A stretch of 64,000 nucleotides of DNA. Source: Eledone cirrhosa. Taxonomy: Eukaryota. The position numbers and the translations under genes were made by a program. The notes under the pieces are model-generated. The model was not told the origin of the DNA. It did not search any database and saw nothing but the letters and a program-made list of their open reading frames with translations. Of the stretch, positions 27,589-40,214 are shown in pieces. Each line of letters starts with the position of its first letter. Within the stretch, counting starts at the first letter, position 1. The stretch lies in contig CAXHJY010000184.1 in assembly GCA_964016885.1 (NCBI GenBank), forward strand, positions 620,001-684,000, in the 5' to 3' direction.

Positions 27589-28136
27589 GTTGCCAGGTGA
27601 TGTTATAAAGTTACACATGGCCTAGGCCAATACTGGCCGAAACAAAATATATATATATATATTCAAAACAGGGAGTGCACAGGACAAAGACAATGGGAAA
27701 AAACAATAGAAAGACGGACAACTCCATCTCATCAGTTAACCTCTGGAAATCACTACAGTTTCAGTGTATTTAGGTTGATACGGTTCATTCCAGTGTACAT
27801 TGAGACATAAAACCGGTAGAGACAAGTTATGACTTTAGGCAAATTACACAAGGAGGAAAACAGGCCGGGTGGTATGTATACACATCGTTGTTTCTATATT
27901 TGTTCTTCCACACTTGTATGGGTTAGATATATACACACACATATATATGTGTGTGTGTGTATAGGAGGAGGAGGAGGAGGAGAAAATGGATATTGAGACA
28001 TTCACATTTTCCCTTAAGGCATTAATACCATAAGGAAAAAAAGTGTTTGATTTTGGTCCCATTTCTGTAACTGACAGTAGACTCTGGTTCATTCTAGACC
28101 TGCATACAATACTCTAAGTATTGACATTAGCCTTAA

Positions 28137-28354
28137 CCCTTTAGCATTTAAACCAGCCATATCCAGCCAAAATTCTCTCACCTGTTTCTGTTCAAACTGA
28201 CATAACCAGCCACTCATACTTATTTTAAGGTATTGTTCACAAAATAAATACTATCAAAATCTCATAGATTCGATATTATGAGATAATTATGTAAGGTAAA
28301 GCCTTTACTGTGAAAATACAACAGTAAATATAGAGTAATGTGAATGCTAAAGGG
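28137..28354. mobile_element. piggyBac-type MITE (~218 bp)
   Basis: TTAA-CCCTTTAGCATT ... AATGCTAAAGGG-TTAA: TIRs plus TTAA duplication. Confidence 0.85.
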
Positions 28355-28542
28355 TTAACAATCAGTAAGGTTTTTATCACCAGAAATCTTAGCATTGATC
28401 AGTATCACATTATCACCCCACCCATGTTTAATCTATATCATTATTGTCCTATATAATTGTTTTGTTAAGTATTATTTTCAATGTATTATTTTAACCTGAA
28501 TTATATCACAGTCTCTCTCTACAAACACGTGTGTATATATAC

Positions 28543-28573
<31 letters not shown>

Positions 28574-28577
28574 TGTA

Positions 28578-28626
<49 letters not shown>

Positions 28627-28921
28627 GATTATGGAACATATGTACCCAAATTTGGCTTTTTGGTATCAAAGAACCATTCAAGTTGGCTCAAATATATGGA
28701 AGAGTTCAGCAGATTACAGGAGTATATATAATAATAATAATAGTAGTATTGATGATGTTTGTTTTGTTTTTAAATATGCAATAATCCCTTAGAGTTTATA
28801 TTGTATCGGGTGGAATGAGAGTTTGCAACATACTTTTAGTAAAGTGGAGCATTGAAACAATGGGCGACACATTTCACTAGGAAATTACGAGGACATCACC
28901 GCACTCATCAAATAATAATAA

Positions 28922-29340
28922 TAATTGTTTCTACTTTTTGACACAAGGCCAGCAATTACTCAGTACATTACTGGTACTTTATTTTATCAACCCTGTAAGG
29001 ATGAAAGGCAAAGTTAACCTCGGCGGGATTTGAACTCAGACTGTAAAGGGACGTAACTATGCTGGAAAGCATGGCGTCTGACCCTCTACCGATACTGCCA
29101 ATCCACAGCCCTTATAATAATAATAATAATAATAATAATTGTTTCTCATTTAGGCACAAGGCCAGCAATTTGGGGGAGGGGAAAGTCAATTAAATCGACC
29201 CCAGTGCGTTACTGGTACTTTATTTTATTGGCCTATGTAAAGATGAAAGGCATAGCTAACCTGAGCGGGATTTGAACTCAGAAAGTAAAGGCTGAACAGC
29301 ATGTCCGACGCTCTACCGATTCTACAATTCCACCACCCTA
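28922..29340 (-). mobile_element. Two tandem SINE family B copies with (AAT)n ends
   Basis: Shared ACTGGTACTTTATTTTAT..GATGAAAGGCA..GGATTTGAACTC body at ~28970 and ~29210. Confidence 0.8.
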
Positions 29341-29458
29341 ATAATATTGATTATAATAACAAAAGTAGTAGAAATCAATAACTAATAATAATAATATAAT
29401 AAATAATATAAATAATAATAATAATATATTTAACAGTGATGATTCATTTGGTCCGATT

Positions 29459-29631
29459 TCACTGGGTTTGTTCAGCAATGGTGGTCATGTGTTTTGAAAT
29501 GATTGTGTCCAAATATTGGACAATAAGTTTATCTGACCAGGAGATTTCATTGGGGAAGAAACCTCCCCCTTCTAGATATCCAAGATGTCCTCCATGTGTT
29601 GTCACCGCCATGATACATTTGTCATTATTCA
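29459..29631 (-). CDS. ABHD2: ABHD2-like hydrolase, last coding exon (catalytic His)
   Basis: After ctccttacag: (M)NNDKCIMAVTTHGGHLGYLEGGGFFPNEISWSDKLIVQYLDTIISKHMTTIAEQTQ*; compare ABHD2 HGGHLGFFEG..WMDKLVVEY. Confidence 0.9.
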
Positions 29632-29747
29632 CTGTAAGGAGAGATGAAGAAACAAGACTTTAATAACTGTCTTAGGAAATAAATATTTTAAATTATCATC
29701 ATCATCATTGTTTAACAAATATTTTCCATGGTTGAATGGTTCAGACC

Positions 29748-29925
29748 AGTGGTTCTTAACCTTTTGTCCACCTCAACATATCTGATGGTCACCAACTTAA
29801 CCAATGGTTCCCTACCTCATGGTCACCAGCTTGACCAGTGGTTCCCCACCTCATGGTCATCAGCTTGACCAGTGGTTCCCCACCTTTTGTCCACTGACCC
29901 CACCTCCCTCATGGTCATCAGCTAG
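29748..29925. repeat. ~28-bp tandem repeats in a hAT-like MITE remnant
   Basis: CAGTGGTTC..ACCTTTTG terminus-like motif; ATGGTCA.CAGCTTGACCAGTGGTTCCC repeated. Confidence 0.5.
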
Positions 29926-30042
29926 GGGATACAGTAGATAATGTAGTCTGGAAATAAAATAAAATAAAAGACAAAAGAGGATATAATAGAAATGTCAAAG
30001 ACAGCTTGACCTGGGATTAAACAACAACAACAAAATACTTAC

Positions 30043-30127
30043 TTGCTTGAGCTTTTGGTATTTTTAAAAGATCCTGTGGTACAAGTGGGTCATCATCGGC
30101 ATTGAGCAACAATAACGGAATTTTGAT
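30043..30127 (-). CDS. ABHD2: ABHD2-like exon (catalytic Asp)
   Basis: ccag|IKIPLLLLNADDDPLVPQDLLKIPKAQA|gtaagt; 85 nt, phase 0 to 1. Confidence 0.92.
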
Positions 30128-30149
30128 CTGGAAAAATAAAAGAACTCTA

Positions 30150-30485
30150 TATATTTGTTGGCTGTGCAATCTAAATGTGAGAGAGGCAGAGCTTGGATGG
30201 TCTGAAGGAGAAACTGGGTTGAAGAGGAATCTGAGGCGGTGTGCAAGAGAGAAGACTGCACTGGTACAGACATGTGATGAGCATGGATGATCACTGGGTG
30301 AAAAAGTGTCAGGGAATGCCAGTAGAAGGAAGCCACAGTAGAGGGCGACCAAGAAAAACCTGGGCAGAGGTTGTGAGAGTTGACCTCAAATCACTGAGAT
30401 TCACAGAGGAAAGGATGAAGGAATGCAATGAATGGAGAGATGATGTGGTGAGAAAGACCAATCCAACCTATGCAACTGTGGAAAA
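30150..30485 (+). mobile_element. RTE LINE 3' fragment
   Basis: QERRLHWYRHVM..RGRPRKTW. Confidence 0.8.
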
Positions 30486-30623
30486 ATTCTGAGTAGTCAC
30501 TAAAACATGTTCCTCATCCTGTACTTAATGTTCTATGATTATATTTACTTTTCTAAGTACAAGGGTTTTTTAACAGAAACTAGAGCAAATACTCAGTTTC
30601 TTTCCTATATTATTATTATTATA

Positions 30624-30812
30624 AGGGCGGTGGATTGGCAGTATTGGCAGAGAGTCGGACGCCATGCTTTGACATGGAGTTACGGCCCTTGCCATTCTGA
30701 GTTCAAATCCCACCGAGGTTAACTTTGCCTTTCATCCTTACTGGGTTGATAAAATAAAGTACCAGTAATGTACTGGGTATTTGGTGGCCTTGTGCCAAAA
30801 GTAGAAACAATT
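30624..30812 (+). mobile_element. SINE family B, near full length
   Basis: A-box-like TGGCAGTATTGG, B-box GAGTTCAAATCC, GCCTTTCATCCTT..GATAAAATAAAGTACCAG. Confidence 0.8.
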
Positions 30813-31039
30813 ATTTATGTGTTTGAGGTAAACTTACTGAAACAATTATAAGAATTAAACTATGTAAAAACTTATTTCTATCACCCCACGCCATATCTCT
30901 CTCTCTCTCTATATATATATATAAAATCTCTCTCTCTCTCCAGGGAGTGTAACTTGGAGTTACTGTAGGTTCACCCGGGTGAGCACTCAATGTTTAGGTT
31001 CACTTCAGTGATGAGGTGTAGAGCTAGACAGAGTGTATT

Positions 31040-31262
31040 ATAGTGAAATAAGATAACAAGGACGATTGGTTACTCCCTCATTACGTTTATTGGTGACGTG
31101 CGTTTCACTACTGATCAGCTCAAGGTTCGATCTGTATCAATCTAGCCTGACTGTAATCCACGGCTCGTCAGGGGTCTGACGAGCTGATCAGTGGTGAAAT
31201 GCGCATCACCAACCAATAAATGTAATGAAGGAGTAACCAATCGTCCTCGTTTTATTTTACTA
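31040..31262. mobile_element. Inverted-repeat Penelope-like remnant with hammerhead motif (31173-31210)
   Basis: ~70-bp arms; right arm reads GGT-CTGACGA-GCTG..TGGT-GAA-AT gcgc AT-C-ACC followed by AATAAA. Confidence 0.55.
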
Positions 31263-31277
31263 TATATATATATATCA

Positions 31278-32870
31278 GGGTACGTAGGCACTAAACTGGT
31301 TGCACGCATCATCAATCAGGCTATATATGGTGGTGTCATACCCAAAGACTGGTGCAGCAGTATTCTCATAAATTGCTACAAAGGTAAAGGGGATGCTCTG
31401 GAGAGGAGCAATTATAGGGGTATAAAACTGATAGATCAGGTTATGAAAGTGGCAGAAAGGATATTAGCACAACTAATTAGAGAAAGGGTCAAACTAGATG
31501 AGATGCGGTTTGGTTTTGTGCCTGGGAAAAGTACAACAGATGCCCTCTTCTTGGTGAGACAATTACAAGAGAGGTTCTTAGAGAAGAATAAGTCACTATA
31601 CTTAGCCTTTGTTGACCTAGAGAAGGCCTTTGATAGGGTACTCCGATCTGTCATCTGGTGGTCCCTAAGGAAACTAGGTGTTGAGGAATGGCTTGTGAGG
31701 ACAGTGCAAACTTTGTACAGAGGTGCTGTCAGTAAAGTCAGGGTAGGAATGGAGTTTAGTGAGGAATTCCAGATACAAGTAGGAGTACATCAAGGTTCGG
31801 TCCTCAGCCCACTCTTGTTCATTATAGTCCTCCAAGCCATAACAGAGGAGTTTAACACTGGCTGTCCATGGGAACTTCTCTATGCCGACGCTGATTCTTA
31901 TAGCAGAATCAGTAGAGGAGCTAGAGAATAAATTCTGGCTATGGAAACAGCAGTTGGAATCAAGAGGACTGAGAGTGAACCTAGCTAAGACAAAAGTGTT
32001 GATGAGTAGAAAAGAGGACAAAACTCTGATTCCGTCAGAGAAATGGCCATGTTCGATATGCAGAAAAGGAACTGGCATAAATTCTATAAAATGCACACAA
32101 TGCAGATCCTGGGTACACAAGAGATGTAGCGGGATAGCAGGCAAACTAACAGGTAGGTAGAAATATGTATGCAGTAGATGTACAGGGAAATTAGACAGTA
32201 GAAGTCACATTGATAGACACATTTTTCAAATGCAGGCGGGTGCTATAGAAGTGGTGGATAGCTTCCGGTACCTAGGAGATCAGATTAGCATGGGAGGGAG
32301 GTGTTCCAAGGCCATAGTATCTAGAATAAGGATGGGTTGGAAGAAGTTTAGGGAGCTGCTTCCTCTGCTGACGAAGAAGGGTTTCTCCCTGCATACGAAA
32401 GACCGGTTATATGGTGCCTGTGTGAGGAGCGCAATGCTGCATGGTAGTGAGACATGGGCAGCAGCTGCAGAGGATATGCGACGGCTGGAGAGAAATGAGG
32501 CAAACATGCTCTGTTGGATGTGCAATGTCAATGTGCGTGAACGACCCAGCATGGATGTGTTGAGAGAGAAACTGTGTCTGAGAGGGATAGAATGTAGTGT
32601 GCGAGAGAGGAGACTGAGGTGGTATGGACATGTGATGCGCATGGAGGATGACCGATGGGTGAAGAAGTGCCAGGAAATGCCAGTTGAAGGAAGACGTGGT
32701 AAAGGTAGACCACGAAAAACATGGGCGTAGGTGGTGAGAACAGACCTCAGATCGCTGAAGCTCACGGAGGAGATGACAAAGGACCGTGACAAGTGGAGAG
32801 ATGCTGTGCTGAATAAGACCCGTCCCTCCCTTGCAAGCAGGGAAAAGCGGATGTAAAATGATGATGATGA
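31278..32870 (+). mobile_element. 5'-truncated RTE-clade LINE (RT + Cys-rich finger), frameshifted
   Basis: YRGIKL, FVDLEKAFDRV, GVHQGSVLSPLLF, LLYAD (frameshift), WPCSIC..HKRCSG, (GAT)n tail. Confidence 0.93.
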
Positions 32871-32885
32871 TAGATAGACAGATAT

Positions 32886-33212
32886 AACAGGTAAAAGGAT
32901 GATTAACACAGATAAGTGATATAATAGGGTTTTATTCCAACCATTAACATATGTTTCATAGCCTCACAGCAGTTTTAAAACCAATATAAAACCAGTGTGA
33001 GGCTAAACCCATCATCAGTATTTTGATAATTCACCTAGTGACTCCACTGTTTTGTGTATTTAAAATCGAATTTCAGAATAGCCAATCAACTATTGATGAT
33101 AGCAGTTTCAAGACATAATTAATTGCATATTAAGCGATGAAACATATGTTAATACTTGGAATAAAACCCTGTTATATCACTTATCTGTATTAATCATCTT
33201 TTTATCCGTTAT
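32886..33212. repeat. Inverted repeat with ~75-bp arms
   Basis: CAGATAAGTGATATAATAGGGTTTTATTCCAA..TAACATATGTTTCAT mirrored at 33137-33212. Confidence 0.75.
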
Positions 33213-33387
33213 TAATATTCCAAGAACTACTAATTATGGAAATTTCAGGAATCTACCCTCCGAAAAACTTAACTAAGCAAATATCTTGTTGAGTCAACTA
33301 ACACCGTACGCCAAAATATTTCTCAGTACAGATTACTTGTAACCTGAGCTTAGGTAACCTTAAACGATATCTCTCTCTCTTTCATAT

Positions 33388-33825
33388 ATCATCATCATCA
33401 TCATCGTTTAACGTCCATCTTCCACGCTAGCATGGGTTTGGACGGGAATTTTCCCACTTGAGGCAAGATTGGTTGTCTTGCTCGTATAGGACTGTCTAGC
33501 GGGTTTTCTACGGCTGGATGCCCTTCCTAACACCAACCACGTTTACAGTGTGGACTATATATATACATATATATAAGCTGAAGCAATTAGACAATATACC
33601 CCCACCCCTCCCACTGCAAAGTGGTCGTACAGGCACCACGTCAAAAAAGCACCCAGCTCACACTGTAAATGAGGCTGGTGTTAGGAAGGGCATCCAGCTG
33701 TAGAAATCAAGCCAGAATCAGTTCCCGTACGAGAAAGACAAGGTCAGCTGACCGGAAACTGCCTACTACAGGACAACCCGTCTAACCCATGCTAGCGTGG
33801 AGGACGGACGTAAAACAGTGATGAT
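33388..33825. mobile_element. Divergent inverted pair of RTE-tail/SINE fragments
   Basis: 33388-33555 (-) and 33595-33825 (+) share GGTGTTAGGAAGGGCATCCAGC and AACCCATGCTAGCGTGGA. Confidence 0.75.
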
Positions 33826-33896
33826 ATATATATGAGAGGGGGTAGAGGATTGACAGATGAATGAGTGGAGGAGAAATAAAAGTATGTTCAACTTAC

Positions 33897-33966
33897 ATTA
33901 TCTAAATAGTGAATAGAGCTGCACCATCTGTAATATTCTTGGACACTGGCAAAGCCGGCAACTCTC
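33897..33966 (-). CDS. ABHD2: ABHD2-like exon
   Basis: ttcttctccag|(R)RVAGFASVQEYYRWCSSIHYLDN|gtaagt; 70 nt, phase 2 to 0, fits both neighbours. Confidence 0.88.
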
Positions 33967-34009
33967 CTGGAGAAGAAAAATACTAACAGTTTAAAAGTCT
34001 GTCTTTTAA

Positions 34010-36417
34010 AGAGTGGACTAGGTACTTTTGTCGTAGCCCCAGTACAACACCTTACAGAGTGGACTGGGTACTTTTGTCGTAGTACCAGTACAACACCTCA
34101 CAGAGTGGACTGGGTACTTTTGTCGTAGCTCTAGTACAACACCTCACAGAGTGGACTGGGTACTTTTGTCGTAGTACCAGTACAACACCTCACAGAGTGG
34201 ACTGGGTACTTTTGTCGTAGTACCAGTACAACACTTCACAGAGTGGACTGGGTACTTTTGTCGTAGTACCAGTACAACACCTCACAGAGTGGACTGGGTA
34301 CTTTTGTCGTAGTACCAGTACAACACCTCACAGAGTGGACTGGGTACTTTTGTCGTAGTACCAGTACAACACCTCACAGAGTGGACTGGGTACTTTTGTC
34401 GTAGTACCAGTACAACACCTCACAGAGTGGACTGGGTACTTTTGTCGTAGTACCAGTACAACACCTCACAGAGTGGACTGGGTACTTTTGTCGTAGTACC
34501 AGTACAACACCTCACAGAGTGGACTGGGTACTTTTGTCGTAGTACCAGTACAACACCTTACAGAGTGGACTGGGTACTTTTGTCGTAGTACCAGTACAAC
34601 ACCTTACAGAGTGGACTGGGTACTTTTGTCGTAATACCAGTACAACACCTCACAGAGTGGACTGGGTACTTTTGTCGTAGTACCAGTACAACACCTCACA
34701 GAGTGGACTGGGTACTTTTGTCATAGTACCAGTACAACACCTCACAGAGTGGACTGGGTACTTTTGTCATAGTACCAGTACAACACCTCACAGAGTGGAC
34801 TGGGTACTTTTGTCGTAGCCCCAGTACAACACCTTACAGAGTGGACTGGGTACTTTTGTCGTAGTACCAGTACAACACCTCACAGAGTGGACTGGGTACT
34901 TTTGTCGTAATACCAGTACAACACCTTACAGAGTGGACTGGGTACTTTTGTCGTAGTACCAGTACAACACCTCACAGAGTGGACTGGGTACTTTTGTCAT
35001 AGTACCAGTACAACACCTCACAGAGTGGACTGGGTACTTTTGTCGTAATACCAGTACAACACCTCACAGAGTGGACTGGGTACTTTTGTCGTAGTACCAG
35101 TACAACACCTTACAGAGTGGACTGGGTGTTGTTTTGTCATAGTACCAGTACAACACCTTACAGAGTGGACTGGGTGTTGTTTTGTCATAGTACCAGTACA
35201 ACACCTTACAGAGTGGACTGGGTACTTTTGTCGTAATACCAGTACAACACCTCACAGAGTGGACTGGGTACTTTTGTCATAGTACCAGTACAATACCTCA
35301 CAGAGTGGACTGGGTACTTTTGTCATAGTACCAGTACAACACCTTACAGAGTGGACTGTGTACTTTTGTCATAGTACCAGTACAACACGTTACAGAGTGG
35401 TCTGGGTACTTTTGTCATAGTACCAGTACAACACCTTACAGAGTGGACTGGGTACTTTTGTCATAGTACCAGTACAACACCTCACAGAGTGGACTGGGTA
35501 CTTTTGTCATAGTACCAGTACAACACGTTACAGAGTGGACTGGGTACTTTTGTCGTAGTACCAGTACAACACCTTACAGAGTGGACTGGGTACTTTTGTC
35601 GTAGTACCAGTACAACACCTTACAGAGTGGACTGGGTACTTTTGTCGTAGTACCAGTACAACACCTTACAGAGTGGACTGGGTACTTTTGTCGTAGTACC
35701 AGTACAACACCTTACAGAGTGGACTGGGTACTTTTGTCGTAGTACCAGTACAACACCTTACAGAGTGGACTGGGTACTTTTGTCGTAGTACCAGTACAAC
35801 ACCTTACAGAGTGGACTGGGTACTTTTGTCGTAGTACCAGTACAACACCTTACAGAGTGGACTGGGTACTTTTGTCGTAGTACCAGTACAACACCTTACA
35901 GAGTGGACTGGGTACTTTTGTCGTAATACCAGTACAACACCTCACAGAGTGGACTGGGTACTTTTGTCATAGTACCAGTACAACACCTCACAGAGTGGAC
36001 TGTGTACTTTTGTCATAGTACCAGTACAACACGTTACAGAGTGGACTGGGTACTTTTGTCGTAGTACCAGTACAACACCTTACAGAGTGGACTGGGTACT
36101 TTTGTCGTAGTACCAGTACAACACCTTACAGAGTGGACTGGGTACTTTTGTCATAGTACCAGTACAACACCTTACAGAGTGGACTGGGTACTTTTGTCAT
36201 AGTACCAGTACAACACCTCACAGAGTGGTCTGGGTACTTTTGTCATAGTACCAGTACAACACGTTACAGAGTGGACTGGGTACTTTTGTCATAGTACCAG
36301 TACAACACCTCACAGAGTGGACTGGGTACTTTTGTCATAGTACCAGTACAACACGTTACAGAGTGGACTGGGTACTTTTGTCGTAGCCCCAGTACAACAC
36401 CTTACAGAGTGGACTGT
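34010..36417. repeat. 46-bp minisatellite, ~52 copies, intronic
   Basis: Unit CAGAGTGGACTGGGTACTTTTGTCGTAGTACCAGTACAACACCT(C/T)A. Confidence 0.97.
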
Positions 36418-36462
36418 ATTAAAGAGGTCAAGAAGGTTGTGTGAGAAATGTTTTTAACTGAC

Positions 36463-36660
36463 CGACTGTAGTACTCATCGATTTCGAGGAGGGTGGGTGA
36501 ATTAAAGATGCGATCCTCATCTAAAGCGCCGTATTTGTTCTTGGCTTCGTCACCAAACAGTATGTCCTTGTGTTCCCGGAGAATTGATTTCTGACGTGTG
36601 GTCAACAGCAACAAGTAGGCACTGCACGGACTTATCGTGTCAAAGTAGTGCGACACAGCC
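36463..36660 (-). CDS. ABHD2: ABHD2-like exon
   Basis: atccag|AVSHYFDTISPCSAYLLLLTTRQKSILREHKDILFG..IFNSPTLLEIDEYYS|gtcagt; 198 nt, phase 2 to 2. Confidence 0.85.
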
Positions 36661-36821
36661 CTGGATTTTACATTCAAAATAAATACAAAAATAGTTATAA
36701 GATGTGCATATATATGTATGTGTGCATATATATGTTGTTGTTGTTGTTACAGCTTACACCTATGTAGGTTTAGCTGGCCTCCTCCAAGGTATATCTCGGA
36801 GGTTTCTTGAGTGTTTTTTAA

Positions 36822-36990
36822 TGATAGGGACCCCAGTCCTATCATCTCATTTCTACAGCTGAGTAAACTGGAGCAACTTGAAATAAAGTCTCTTGCTCAA
36901 GGAAACAACACATCACCCGGTCTGAGAATTGAACTCATAACCTTTCGATTGCAAGCCCAATGCTCTAACCACTAAGCCATGCGCCTTCAC
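36822..36990 (-). mobile_element. SINE family A head + core
   Basis: Reverse GTGAAGGCGCATGGCTTAGTGGTTAGAGCATTGGGC..GAGTTCAATTC..CCTTGAGCAAG. Confidence 0.8.
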
Positions 36991-37189
36991 TATATATATA
37001 TATAATATAATATATACATACGCATATACATATACACACACAAATATGTATATATATGTGTGTATATGTATATATGAAGTATGATACAATGAAGTTTCAT
37101 TTTAAAATGTTTTTATTGTATACCAACCGTTATATGTGTGATGTGATAGAACTGACTCCAGCAGTGATCTTCTCCTCAGATGTGTGGAC

Positions 37190-38497
37190 ATCATTTTATG
37201 CCTGCTTTTCCATGCTTACATGAGATGGATGTGTCCTTTTTCAGCACAGCATCTCTACTCATCATGATCCTTTGTCATCTCCACTGTCAGTTCCAGCGAT
37301 TTGAAATTAGCTTCCATGACTTCCGCCCAAGTCTTCCTCTACTGTGGCTTCCCTCCACTGGGATTTCTTGGCACCTCTTCATCCAGCAAGCATCATTCAT
37401 ATATATCACATCACCATACCAGTGCAGTCTTCTTTCCTGCACACATCTGATTCCTTATATTCAGTTCATCCATACTTTGACATTCATGCACATTATCATT
37501 GCACAGCTTGTAACTCCTTCATTCATTCATTTGCTTATATATGGGAACTTCTCTATTCTGACGATCTGGTTCTTATAGCAGAATCAGTAGAGGAGCTAGA
37601 GAATAAATTCTGGCTATGGAAACAGCAGTTGGAATCAAGAGGACTGAGAGTGAACCTAGCTAAGACAAAAGTGTTGATGAGTAGAAAAGAGGACAAAACT
37701 CTGATTCCCTCAGGGAAATGGCCATGTTCGATATGTAGGAAAAGAACTGGCATAAATTCTATAAAATGCACACAATGCAGATCTTGGGTACACAAGAGAT
37801 GTAGCGGGATAGCAGGCAAACTAACAGGTAGGGAAAACTACATATGCAGTAGATGTCCAGGGAAAGCTGGCAGTAGTAATCGCAGTGATAGACACATTTT
37901 TCCAATGCAGGTGGGTTCTATAGATGTGGTTGATAGCTTCCGGTACCTAGGTGATCAGATTAGCATGGGAGGGGGTGTTCTGAGGCCATAGTATCTAGTA
38001 TAAGGATGGGTTGGAAGAAGCTTAGAGAGCTGCTTCCTCTGTTGACAAAGAAGGGTAGTGAGACATGGGCAGCAACTGCAGAGGATATGTGACGGCTGGA
38101 GAGAAATGAGGCAAGTATGCTCTGTTGGATGTGCAATGTCAATGTGCGTGAACGACCAAGCATTGACGAGTTGAGAAAGAAACTGGGTATAAGAGGGATA
38201 AGTTGTGGTGTGCAGGAGAGAAGACAGAGATAGTATGGACATGTGATGCGCATGGAGGATGACCGCTGGGTAAAGAAGTGCCAAGAAATCCCAGTAGCAG
38301 GAAGATGCAGTAGAGGAAGATGCAGTAGAGGAAGACCACGAAAAACATGGGCGGAGGTGGCGAGAGCAGACCTCAACTCGCTGAAGCTCACGGAGGAGAT
38401 GACAAAGGACTGTGACAAGTGGAGAGATGCTGTGCTGTATAGGACCCGTCCCTCCCTTGCAAGCAGGGAAAAGCGGACGTATGATGATGATGATGAT
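37190..38497. mobile_element. RTE LINE fragments: 37190-37500 (-) and 37540-38497 (+)
   Basis: WELLYSDDLVLIAESVEELE..WPCSIC..HKRCSG; nearly identical to 31870-32870; (GAT)n tail. Confidence 0.88.
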
Positions 38498-38679
38498 TAC
38501 ACAGACATGCAATTGAACTAGAGATGGAATACAACACAAATATACATGCAGGAAAAAATGTTTCTACTTTAACTACATGGTCAGGGAGGAATAAGTCAAC
38601 TACATTGACACCAGTACATGCACAAGGTCAGTAATTTGGAGAAAGTCATACACCTACACTTAGAAGAAGCTCCTACGTT

Positions 38680-39380
38680 TGAGACACATGAGGCAGCCAG
38701 AGTGCTGCAATGACCACCTTGGTCAGTTACATCTATCAATATATCCTACATGTTCAGACACACGAGGCAGCCAGAGTGCTCCAATGACCACCTTGGTCAG
38801 TTACATCTATCAATATATCCTACATGTGTAGACACATGAGGCAGCCAAAGTGCTACAATGACCATGGTCAGTTACATCTATCAATACAGTGTTCCAAATT
38901 TTGTTTATGGGTTTCAGGCCCCTGTTGATTGTCTGCTGCCAGTTCATCTTGAGACATCCTTTTCACTCTTTCCATGGAAAGGACCTGATTAGTATGTCTC
39001 TCACTTGGGGATTGTGTGACATGTCCCAACCAGCCAAGTTGACACTTGTACATGTTAGCCACATGGTGGTGGTGGTGGGCTCCTTGACATGTTAGCCCCA
39101 TGTTGGTGGCGGTGGGTTCCTTGACATGTTAGCCACATGGTGGTGGGTTCCTTGGTATGATGTTAGCCACATGGTGATGGATTCCTTGACATGATGTTAG
39201 CCACATGTTGGTGGTGGGTTCTTTGTTGCTGGTGAAGTCATCCCACCTGATGCCAAGGACGTTCTGTAGACATTTGCTGTTAAAAACATCTAATTGGTTT
39301 TCTTGCCTGGTCTTTACATTCCACACCCAGGAGTGTTGAAACAACATTGCTGTTGTAAAATCTCATCTTGGAACCAGTAA
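38680..39380 (-). mobile_element. RTE-like LINE 3' fragment with local ~70-bp and ~32-bp tandem expansions
   Basis: LDVFNSKCLQNVLGIRWDDF, WLGHVT; GAGGCAGCCAGAGTGCT x3; GACATGTTAGCC repeats. Confidence 0.7.
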
Positions 39381-39447
39381 TCTGGAGAAAGTCATATATA
39401 CAGTTGAGCACAAATTTATATTTACAAGAAAACTGTATGGTACTTAC

Positions 39448-39631
39448 AAATTAGCATCATAACCTTGGCAAATGGAGAGGCCACAGAGAAAGCGCTTCTG
39501 GTTTTCACAGTTCTCTCCAAGGTACTTGAGAACAATATTGGCCCCCATACTAAAACCAACTAAACACATTTTAGTATCCGGATAAAGTCTTTGTATCTCA
39601 AGTGTGATGCTGTGGAAATCATTAGTGTCAC
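39448..39631 (-). CDS. ABHD2: ABHD2-like exon with nucleophile elbow GFSMG
   Basis: catttag|(G)DTNDFHSITLEIQRLYPDTKMCLVGFSMGANIVLKYLGENCENQKRFLCGLSICQGYDAN|gtaagt; 184 nt, phase 1 to 2; not in the ORF track. Confidence 0.93.
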
Positions 39632-39721
39632 CTAAATGAGAAGATTACACAATTTCTTAGGTTATATAAAATAATAAAGTGTTAAAAAAAAAAGGTTTAA
39701 CCCTTTAGCATCCACATTACT

Positions 39722-39897
39722 AGGGAAGAAGAGAGTCAGACCGAGAAATAGATGGGAGGACAGCATCGCGGAATAGACAGGCATGAAGCTGGGTGCAACC
39801 ATGCGGATGGTGGAGAGGCGAGAAGGATGAAAGGAGCTGGTTTCCCGGTTATCTGTGGCGTCCCATCGGTCCATCAGATTACGGGAGGGATGAGAGA
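39722..39897 (+). mobile_element. Short RTE-like 3' end fragment
   Basis: GKKRVRPRNRWEDSI..RLREG* pattern typical of RTE C-termini. Confidence 0.55.
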
Positions 39898-40043
39898 CTA
39901 TTGACTATAGTTCCTGCTGGGCTGGATTGATTGGTAGTTATTGACTGATAAGTACACACACATGATTATATATATATATATATATATATAATATAGTTGA
40001 GATTCTACAGGACTAGTACCGTTTCATTCTTTAGAAATCATCA

Positions 40044-40096
40044 GAGATTCCTGATGATTTCTAAAGAATGAAACAGTTCTAGTCCTGTAGAATCTC
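40044..40096 (+). ncRNA. Putative type I hammerhead ribozyme inside a palindrome (39990-40105)
   Basis: GAGATTC-CTGATGA-tTTC taaa GAAt-GAA-ACAG ttctagtc CTGT-A-GAATCTC: 7-bp helix I, intact core, GUA site. Confidence 0.65.
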
Positions 40097-40180
40097 ATCT
40101 ATATTAAAACTTTTATACTCTGCTATGTATTGAGTACCTTACTTACTGTGGTTACTTCCGATTCAACCCGGAATAACGTA

Positions 40181-40209
<29 letters not shown>

Positions 40210-40214
<5 letters not shown>

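Noticed and set aside
34010-36417. CRISPR-like appearance of the 46-bp array
   Set aside because: No unique spacers, no cas genes, eukaryotic intron
36920-36990. tRNA gene
   Set aside because: tRNA-like A/B boxes belong to a SINE head that continues into core sequence; no proper cloverleaf
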